Part shown: one piece after another, positions 17,517 through 24,000 of the stretch
How positions within the stretch are numbered: the first letter of the stretch is position 1
How the letters are laid out: each line of letters begins with the position of its first letter
Position numbers and translations under genes: made by a program
The notes under the pieces: model-generated
What the model was told of the DNA's origin: nothing
Seen by the model: the letters and a program-made list of their open reading frames with translations, nothing else
Database searches by the model: none
Source of the DNA: Escherichia coli
GTDB taxonomy: Bacteria; Pseudomonadota; Gammaproteobacteria; Enterobacterales; Enterobacteriaceae
Direction: 5' to 3' (one strand)
DNA length: 24,000 nt
Assembly: GCF_022493555.1 (NCBI RefSeq)
Contig: NZ_CP028757.1

Positions 17517-18296
17517 TCAGATAAAGTGCTTACGCAACCGTTGAGAGAGGAAATCCAGCAGGCTGACCGTGACGATGATAAGCACCATCAGGGCGCAGGT
17601 TTGTTGGAACTGGAAACCGCGAATCGCTTCCCACAGGGTGACGCCGATCCCGCCTGCACCGACCATGCCGACGACGGTCGCCGAGCGGACGTTGGATTCG
17701 AAGCGATAGAGGGAGTAGGAGATCAGCAGCGGCATCACCTGCGGCAGCACGCCGTAGAGGATCTCTTCGAGCTTGTTGGCGCCGGTGGCGCGAATGCCTT
17801 CCACCGGGCCGGGTTCAATCGCTTCCACCGCTTCGGAAAGCAGTTTGGAGAGCACGCCGGTGGTGTGGATAAACAGCGCCAGCACGCCAGCGAACGGGCC
17901 GAGGCCGACGGCGACCACGAACAGCATGGCGAAGACCATTTCGTTAATGGCGCGGCAGGCGTCCATCAGGCGGCGAACGGGCTGGTAAACCCACCACGGC
18001 ACCAGGTTTTCGGCGCTCATCAGGCCGAAGGGGATGGAGAGAACCACCGCCAGCGCCGTGCCCCAGACGGCGATTTGCAGCGTGACGGCCATTTCGGTGA
18101 GGTAATCCTGCCACTGGCTGAAATCGGGCGGGAAGAAGTCGGCGGCGAACGTCGCCATGTTGCCGCCGTCTTTAATCAGCGTGAGCGGGGCCATTTCCGC
18201 GCCCTGCCACGAGACGACCAACACGGCGAGAACAACGGCCCAGCTCAGAAGCGAGAACCAGCTACGCTTGGGTGGGGCGATGGTGATGGTTTGCAT
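17517..18296 (-). CDS. phnE: Phosphonate ABC transporter permease, intact reading frame
   Basis: The ORF extends to 18359 through REP-derived sequence. The ATG at 18294-18296 ([14 protein letters not shown]...) has GGAG 6 nt upstream and gives 259 aa. It has multiple TM helices and the EAA-like loop [19 protein letters not shown]. Confidence 0.92.
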
Positions 18297-18311
18297 GTTT
18301 GGCTCCGGTCT

Positions 18312-18398
18312 GTAGGCCGGATAAGGTGCTTGCACCGCATCCGGCATCAACGCCTGCACATTGTCGGATGCGACGCCGGGGCGTCTTATCCGACCTAC
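18312..18398. repeat. REP pair (BIME) between phnD and phnE
   Basis: GTAGGCCGGATAAGGTGCTTGCACCGCATCCGGCA (18312-18346) and GTCGGATGCGACGCCGGGGCGTCTTATCCGACCTAC (18363-18398) are two canonical REP palindromes in opposite orientation. Confidence 0.9.
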
Positions 18399-18401
18399 GA
18401 T

Positions 18402-19418
18402 TTACTGCACCGCTTTACTCACCGAACTCATCGCGCTTAACGCGTTGTTCAGGCGGTCCAGGTCATCCAGCTGCGCCTGAATCTCGGTGGTTTTTGCCAG
18501 CTTGTCCTGCTCATTCAGTCCTTTATTGCTTTTCACGCCCTGCATCTCTTTAAACAGCGCGAGCTGGCGAATCGGCACCAGTTGCAGGTCGCTGGAAGCG
18601 CGGAACGGCGCCCAGCCCAGGCGTTCCAGCACCGCTTTTTCTTCCGGCGTTTTGCCGTAGTTCATAAAGAAGTCGTAGATCTTGTCTTTGGTGGTTTCGG
18701 AAAGGTTTTTACGCCAGACGATCGGATCGCCTGGGATCAGCGGCGACTTCCAGATCACCTTCAGTTCTTTCAGCTTCTCTGGCGCGGAGGTTTTCAGCTT
18801 GTCGAGGTTTTCGGTGTTGTTGGTGGCAACATCCACCTGCTTGTTGGCGACGGCCAGCGCGTTGGTTTCATGCCCAGCGTTGACGGTGCGCTTAAAGTCG
18901 CTGGCGGAGATATTGTTTTTGGCAAAGACGTAGTAACCGGGGACGAGGAAGCCAGAGGTGGAGTTAGGATCGCCATTGCCGAAGGTGAGATCTTTCCGCT
19001 TCGCCAGCAGATCGTTCAGGTTGTTGATCGGACTATCTTTGTTGACGATCAACACGCTCCAGTAACCTGGCGATCCATCCGCCGCGACCGTCTGGGCGAA
19101 GACCTGGCCGTTGGCGCGATCCACCGCTTCCATTGCCGACAGGTTGCCGTACCAGGCGATATCCACTTTATTGAAGCGCATTCCCTGGATAATGCCTGCG
19201 TAGTCTGGGGCAAAGAAGGCGTTCACCTTCACGCCCAGCTTCTTCTCCATATCCTGTAAGAATGGCGTCCATTGCGGTTTCAGGTTTTGCTGTGATTCCG
19301 TTGAAATAATGCCGAAATTCAGCGCCTTTTCCTGCTCTTCGGCGTGTGCCGGGCTTAACAGGGTGCTGAGGCTGAACATGCTGGTGAAGGCCAGCGAGGC
19401 AATTATCTTAGCGTTCAT
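18402..19418 (-). CDS. phnD: Periplasmic phosphonate-binding protein of the ABC transporter
   Basis: 338-aa ORF with signal peptide MNAKIIASLAFTSMFSLSTLLSPAHA and GAGGA upstream. Recognised as PhnD. Confidence 0.95.
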   Translation of the reverse strand: MNAKIIASLAFTSMFSLSTLLSPAHAEEQEKALNFGIISTESQQNLKPQWTPFLQDMEKKLGVKVNAFFAPDYAGIIQGMRFNKVDIAWYGNLSAMEAVDRANGQVFAQTVAADGSPGYWSVLIVNKDSPINNLNDLLAKRKDLTFGNGDPNSTSGFLVPGYYVFAKNNISASDFKRTVNAGHETNALAVANKQVDVATNNTENLDKLKTSAPEKLKELKVIWKSPLIPGDPIVWRKNLSETTKDKIYDFFMNYGKTPEEKAVLERLGWAPFRASSDLQLVPIRQLALFKEMQGVKSNKGLNEQDKLAKTTEIQAQLDDLDRLNNALSAMSSVSKAVQ

Positions 19419-19442
19419 TCGTTTTCCTCAATGATGGGGATG

Positions 19443-20231
19443 TCAGGCAGCTTTCGCGTTCTCTTCGATGCGATTAATGCTGCGGTAGAGATGGTCAAAA
19501 CGTTCGTTATCAAACTGTTGGCTGCTGCCGTCGTAGAAAACGTGCCCCTGGCGCAGGGCGACGATGCGTTCGCAGTAGCGCAGGGCGTAATCCACCTGAT
19601 GCAGCGTGACGACCACGGTGATGCCGTCGTTCTGATTGATGTCGCGCAGGGTGTCCATCACGATGCGGGCGGATTCCGGGTCCAGCGAGGCGATGGGTTC
19701 ATCGGCCAGAATCACCTTCGCCTGCTGCATCAGCGCGCGGGCAATCGCCACACGCTGCTGCTGTCCGCCGGAGAGGGTGGAAACGCGCTGATGGGCAAAA
19801 TGCACCATGCCAACGCGGGTCAGCGCCTGTAACGCGCGCTGTTTCTGCTCGCCGGTGAACCAGCTAAAACAGGTGCGCCAGAACGGCGTGCTGCCGAGCG
19901 CGCCAATCAGCACGTTCTCCAGTACGCTCAGGCGGTTCACCAGGTTGAATTGTTGGAAGATGTAGCCGGTGTTGGCGCGGCTTTTGCGGATATCGCGCGC
20001 CAGACGGCCTTCGCGCTGGACTGTGCGGCCCAGCAGCTCGATATGGCTGCCGGCGGATTTATCGCCGGTAATCAAACCGCTTAAGTGACGTAAAAGGGTG
20101 GATTTGCCGGAACCCGACGGCCCAAGCAGAGCCACCATTTCACCGTGATGAATGTTCAGATCAACCGCATGCAGCGCCTGATGCTGATTGAAGGTTTTGG
20201 CGAGCTTCTCGACACGGATAATCGTTTGCAT
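19443..20231 (-). CDS. phnC: Phosphonate ABC transporter ATP-binding protein
   Basis: 262-aa ORF with Walker A GPSGSGKS, signature LSGGQQQR and Walker B ILADEP. GGGAGG lies upstream of the ATG. Confidence 0.95.
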   Translation of the reverse strand: MQTIIRVEKLAKTFNQHQALHAVDLNIHHGEMVALLGPSGSGKSTLLRHLSGLITGDKSAGSHIELLGRTVQREGRLARDIRKSRANTGYIFQQFNLVNRLSVLENVLIGALGSTPFWRTCFSWFTGEQKQRALQALTRVGMVHFAHQRVSTLSGGQQQRVAIARALMQQAKVILADEPIASLDPESARIVMDTLRDINQNDGITVVVTLHQVDYALRYCERIVALRQGHVFYDGSSQQFDNERFDHLYRSINRIEENAKAA

Positions 20232-20275
20232 GATGCAGCCTCCCTAAAAAAGTGGCTCCATCGTGGCGGATTATT

Positions 20276-20337
20276 GTGACGATTTGGTTAATTAAAAGTG
20301 ACTAACAGATGAAGAGTTAACGGGAATTCGATGACAG
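20276..20337 (-). promoter_or_regulatory. PhoB-dependent promoter region of phnC (Pho boxes)
   Basis: The minus strand reads CTGTTAGTCACTTTTAATTAACCAAATCGTCAC (20308-20276). These are 7-bp direct repeats at 11-bp phasing, resembling the CTGTCAT-N4-CTGTCAC Pho-box consensus. An extra CTGTCAT lies at 20337-20331. The phn operon is an established Pho regulon member. Confidence 0.65.
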
Positions 20338-20363
20338 TGCGGGAGGGCGGGCCTCCCGGCGGG

Positions 20364-20807
20364 TTATTGCGTTGGTTGTTGTTTGACGACATTAATCATC
20401 CACGGTACGCCAAATTTATCGGTGACTTTGCCAAAGCCATGCGCCCAGAAAGTTTCCTGCCAGGCCATTTCGATTTTTCCGTTAGCGGCAAGATTGTCAA
20501 ACCAGCGTTTTCCTTCTTCGACCTGTTGCGAATCGAGCACCAGCGTAAAGCCGGAGTAGCTGGCTTTTCCTGACGGTATAGCATCGCTCATCATGATGTC
20601 GCTTCCGGCAATGCGCACGTTGGCGTGGGCGATGGCGGTATCGGGAAATTGCATTCCGGAAGGGCAGTTCTCGGCGCTGTCCTGCGCTGATTTTGGCATT
20701 TCGCCGAAGCTGATTTTATAGAGCAGTTCAGCGCCCAACGTACGTTGATAATAAGCAATTGCGTCGGCACAGTTACCGGCAAAAGAGAGGTAGGGACTTA
20801 ACGGCAT
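20364..20807 (-). CDS. yjdN: PhnB-like protein, glyoxalase/VOC-fold, function unknown
   Basis: 147-aa ORF MPLSPYLSFAGNCADAIAYYQRTLGAELLYK... with GAGG upstream. Recognised as YjdN (historical PhnB). Confidence 0.9.
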   Translation of the reverse strand: MPLSPYLSFAGNCADAIAYYQRTLGAELLYKISFGEMPKSAQDSAENCPSGMQFPDTAIAHANVRIAGSDIMMSDAIPSGKASYSGFTLVLDSQQVEEGKRWFDNLAANGKIEMAWQETFWAHGFGKVTDKFGVPWMINVVKQQPTQ

Positions 20808-20872
20808 GATGGTGACCTCAGTTAAGAGAAGCCAGTTAAGTGTAGTTCGAAATTTATACAGATGAGAGAGAA

Positions 20873-20952
20873 GCCTGATAAGACGCGGTCAGCGTCGCAT
20901 CAGGCAGTCGGCATCGTTGCCGGATGCGGCGCGAGCGCCTTATCCGGCTTAC
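20873..20952. repeat. REP pair (BIME) between yjdM and yjdN
   Basis: GCCTGATAAGACGCGGTCAGCGTCGCATCAGGCA (20873-20906) and GCCGGATGCGGCGCGAGCGCCTTATCCGGCTTAC (20919-20952) are canonical REP palindromes. Confidence 0.9.
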
Positions 20953-20966
20953 CGATCACAATACAA

Positions 20967-21302
20967 TCAGTTCTTTTTCACAAACTCAGATTTCAGTTTC
21001 ATCGGACCAAAACCGTCGATTTTGCAATCGATGTTATGGTCGCCTTCAACCAGGCGGATGTTTTTCACTTTGGTGCCAATTTTCAGCATCGAAGAGCTAC
21101 CTTTCACCTTCAGATCTTTAATGATGGTAACGCTGTCGCCGTCAGCCAGCAGATTGCCGTTAGCATCTTTAACGATCAGCTCGTCGCTTTCCTGTGCAGG
21201 TTCTGCGTCGTTCCATTCGTAGGCACATTCCGGGCAGATGTACATGCCGTTATCTTCGTAAGTGTATTCGGAGTTGCATTTTGGGCAGTGTGGTAATGAC
21301 AT
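20967..21302 (-). CDS. yjdM: PhnA-family zinc-ribbon protein
   Basis: The ORF track gives 160 aa. The true start is [26 protein letters not shown] at 21302 (111 aa), with GAGGA upstream. CPxC...CPxC zinc ribbon. Confidence 0.9.
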
Positions 21303-21703
21303 GTGGATTTCCTCAAAAGTCAGCAGGGCAAAAGCGCCAAAAAACGGCAGATTGCCGAAAAAGGCCGCAATTATACACAAAATCCCTGAGTTTGTCGGGG
21401 GTACTGCTGATTTTAGACGACGATCGTTTTCATTTGAAAGGAAACGCAAAAAGAAAATAATCTTTTTGCCTCTATTTATTATTTAAGATAATGTTAATGC
21501 TCTACTTGTTCTTTTTTTTATTCACATGATATTTTTATCTTTCTGACGTTTTAAACGTATCAGAAGACGTTATTTATTCTGATAAAAAACAACACACTAA
21601 ATATAAAATTATTTCTTGCAGTAATTATAAAAGCCGAAAACAGAACTCAAAAACAATCTGGCTAAATAAAAGTAACAAAATTTGCTTTAAGGAAGAATTT
21701 TCT

Positions 21704-23932
21704 ATGTACACACAGACCCTGTATGAGTTAAGTCAGGAGGCTGAACGCCTGTTACAGCTTTCTCGCCAACAGTTGCAGTTACTGGAAAAAATGCCTCTCT
21801 CTGTACCCGGAGACGACGCGCCACAACTGGCTTTACCCTGGAGTCAGCCTAATATCGCCGAACGTCACGCGATGCTGAATAATGAGTTGCGTAAAATTTC
21901 CCGACTGGAAATGGTGCTGGCAATTGTCGGTACCATGAAAGCAGGGAAATCAACTACCATTAATGCCATTGTTGGTACGGAGGTTCTGCCTAATCGTAAT
22001 CGCCCAATGACTGCGCTGCCGACGCTTATTCGCCATACGCCCGGGCAAAAGGAACCGGTATTGCATTTTTCACATGTCGCGCCAATCGATTGTTTAATTC
22101 AACAATTACAACAGCGCCTGCGTGATTGCGATATTAAGCATCTGACCGATGTGCTGGAAATAGATAAAGATATGCGTGCGCTTATGCAGCGGATCGAAAA
22201 TGGCGTCGCTTTCGAAAAATATTATCTGGGTGCCCAGCCTATTTTTCATTGTCTGAAAAGTTTGAATGATTTAGTGCGACTGGCGAAGGCGCTGGACGTC
22301 GATTTTCCTTTTTCTGCTTACGCCGCCATTGAGCATATTCCCGTGATTGAAGTGGAGTTTGTCCATCTGGCGGGGCTGGAGAGTTATCCCGGTCAGTTGA
22401 CGTTACTGGATACCCCCGGGCCAAATGAAGCCGGGCAACCGCATCTGCAAAAAATGCTTAACCAGCAGCTGGCACGCGCCTCGGCGGTACTGGCGGTGCT
22501 GGATTATACGCAACTGAAATCGATCTCCGATGAAGAGGTCCGTGAGGCGATTTTGGCGGTGGGGCAATCGGTGCCGCTGTATTTGCTGGTCAATAAGTTC
22601 GATCAACAGGATCGTAACAGTGACGACGCCGACCAGGTGCGGGCACTGATTTCCGGGACGCTGATGAAAGGCTGTATTACGCCACAGCAGATATTTCCGG
22701 TGTCGTCGATGTGGGGCTACCTGGCGAATCGGGCGCGCTATGAGTTAGCCAACAACGGTAAGTTACCAGCGCCAGAGCAACAACGCTGGGTGGAAGATTT
22801 TGCCCATGCCGCGCTCGGCAGGCGCTGGCGTCATGCCGATCTGGCGGACCTCGAACATATTCGTCATGCTGCCGATCAGTTGTGGGAAGATTCGCTGTTC
22901 GCCCAGCCAATTCAGGCGTTGCTTCATGCCGCTTACGCTAACGCCTCGTTGTATGCTCTGCGATCTGCTGCGCATAAACTGTTGAATTACGCGCAGCAGG
23001 CGCGGGAATACCTGGATTTTCGTGCGCACGGGTTAAACGTCGCTTGTGAACAATTGCGGCAAAATATCCATCAGGTCGAAGAAAGTTTGCAGCTATTGCA
23101 ACTCAATCAGGCGCAGGTGAGCGGCGAGATTAAACATGAAATCGAGCTGGCCCTGACCTCCGCCAACCACTTTCTGCGTCAACAACAAGATGCGCTGAAT
23201 GCGCAGTTAGCCGCCTTGTTTCAGGATGATTCGGAGCCGTTAAGCGAGATTCGTACCCGCTGTGAGACACTGTTACAGACGGCGCAGAACACCATCAGTC
23301 GCGACTTTACGCTGCGTTTTGCCGAGCTGGAATCTACCCTTTGCCGGGTGTTAACCGATGTTATTCGCCCCATTGAGCAACAAGTCAAAATGGAATTGAG
23401 CGAGTCAGGGTTTCGTCCTGGGTTTCATTTTCCTGTTTTTCACGGCGCAGTTCCCCACTTCAACACTCGCCAGCTGTTCAGTGAAGTCATTTCGCGCCAG
23501 GAAGCAACGGACGAGCAGAGCACGCGTTTAGGCGTTGTGCGTGAGACTTTTTCGCGCTGGTTGAATCAGCCCGACTGGGGACGGGGAAATGAGAAATCAC
23601 CGACAGAAACGGTTGATTACAGTGTGTTGCAACGAGCATTAAGCGCAGAAGTCGATCTCTATTGCCAACAAATGGCTAAAGTTCTGGCAGAGCAGGTCGA
23701 TGAATCTGTTACGGCAGGCATGAATACTTTTTTCGCTGAGTTCGCTTCATGTTTGACGGAATTACAGACGCGTTTACGCGAAAGTCTGGCTCTGCGTCAA
23801 CAAAATGAATCGGTGGTCAGGCTGATGCAGCAGCAATTGCAGCAGACTGTGATGACTCACGGCTGGATTTACACCGACGCCCAGCTGTTACGCGATGATA
23901 TTCAAACACTTTTCACGGCAGAACGATATTGA
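21704..23932 (+). CDS. crfC: Dynamin-like GTPase, clamp-binding sister replication fork colocalization protein
   Basis: 742-aa ORF with AAGGAAG 8 nt upstream. GTPase motifs G1 GTMKAGKS, G3 DTPGPNE and G4 NKFD, followed by a long helical stalk. The N-terminus carries QLxL-type motifs (QLQLL, QLALPW). Recognised as CrfC (YjdA). Confidence 0.93.
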   Translation: MYTQTLYELSQEAERLLQLSRQQLQLLEKMPLSVPGDDAPQLALPWSQPNIAERHAMLNNELRKISRLEMVLAIVGTMKAGKSTTINAIVGTEVLPNRNRPMTALPTLIRHTPGQKEPVLHFSHVAPIDCLIQQLQQRLRDCDIKHLTDVLEIDKDMRALMQRIENGVAFEKYYLGAQPIFHCLKSLNDLVRLAKALDVDFPFSAYAAIEHIPVIEVEFVHLAGLESYPGQLTLLDTPGPNEAGQPHLQKMLNQQLARASAVLAVLDYTQLKSISDEEVREAILAVGQSVPLYLLVNKFDQQDRNSDDADQVRALISGTLMKGCITPQQIFPVSSMWGYLANRARYELANNGKLPAPEQQRWVEDFAHAALGRRWRHADLADLEHIRHAADQLWEDSLFAQPIQALLHAAYANASLYALRSAAHKLLNYAQQAREYLDFRAHGLNVACEQLRQNIHQVEESLQLLQLNQAQVSGEIKHEIELALTSANHFLRQQQDALNAQLAALFQDDSEPLSEIRTRCETLLQTAQNTISRDFTLRFAELESTLCRVLTDVIRPIEQQVKMELSESGFRPGFHFPVFHGAVPHFNTRQLFSEVISRQEATDEQSTRLGVVRETFSRWLNQPDWGRGNEKSPTETVDYSVLQRALSAEVDLYCQQMAKVLAEQVDESVTAGMNTFFAEFASCLTELQTRLRESLALRQQNESVVRLMQQQLQQTVMTHGWIYTDAQLLRDDIQTLFTAERY

Positions 23933-24000
23933 CCAAGACGTTACTTGACGGCCCCGGTCGCGTGCTGGAGTCGGTTTATCCCCGCTTTTTAGTGGATCTG
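23929..24000 (+). CDS. yjcZ: Start of YjcZ, uncharacterised partner of CrfC (first 24 codons; runs off the window)
   Basis: The TTG at 23929-23931 overlaps the crfC TGA (TTGA). The frame reads (M)TKTLLDGPGRVLESVYPRFLVDL, which matches my memory of the YjcZ N-terminus. The Shine-Dalgarno is weak, so translation probably depends on coupling. Confidence 0.55.
   Translation, partial: MTKTLLDGPGRVLESVYPRFLVDL

Noticed and set aside
17505-18440. 311-aa plus-strand ORF
   Set aside because: It is antisense to phnE and runs across the REP pair. The composition is dominated by G/D/H/R/A with no hydrophobic core or motif. It is a shadow ORF.
20340-20358. Hairpin CGGGAGG-GCGGG-CCTCCCG after yjdN as an intrinsic terminator
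   Set aside because: The 7-bp GC stem is real, but on the yjdN (minus) transcript it is not followed by a U-run (next bases GCACUGUCAUCG). I did not list it as a terminator feature. It may still pause or stabilise the transcript.
21541-21565. Imperfect palindrome TTCTGACGTT-TTA-AACGTATCAGAA in the AT-rich yjdM/crfC divergent region as an operator
   Set aside because: It is short, has a 2-nt bulge and sits in very AT-rich sequence where such symmetry arises by chance. I recognise no matching regulator motif.

Overview
The window reads as Escherichia coli chromosome. I identified it from the translated ORFs and from memory of the protein families, with no database search. Gene order, almost all on the minus strand: fdhF (3'-truncated, with an in-frame UGA selenocysteine codon and SECIS hairpin, plus a sigma-54 promoter), ytcA-mdtN-mdtO-mdtP efflux operon, yjcS alkylsulfatase, a 637-bp gap holding a decayed rpiB relic, yjdP (plus strand), the complete 14-gene C-P lyase operon phnCDEFGHIJKLMNOP with a Pho-box promoter, yjdN, yjdM, then crfC and the start of yjcZ (plus strand). 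Non-coding content is two REP/BIME clusters and two copies of a GC-rich composite palindromic repeat of about 120-134 bp. One copy lies between convergent yjdP and phnP, the other inside the phn operon between phnK and phnL. I found no rRNA, tRNA, CRISPR array, IS element, integrase or phage gene. I see no evidence of a new multi-gene system; this is mostly well-characterised core genome. Five things deserve a second look: (1) the D-allose operon appears to be absent, leaving an rpiB with an in-frame core deletion; (2) the inverted pair of composite repeats brackets phnLMNOP; (3) phnE is intact at a tandem GCTGGCG octamer where K-12 is known to be frameshifted; (4) YjdP is a secreted protein built from charged heptad repeats and has no known function; (5) crfC (dynamin-like) and yjcZ are coupled through an overlapping TTG start. 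Most long plus-strand ORFs in the track are antisense shadows of the real genes. Several minus-strand ORFs carry spurious N-terminal extensions.
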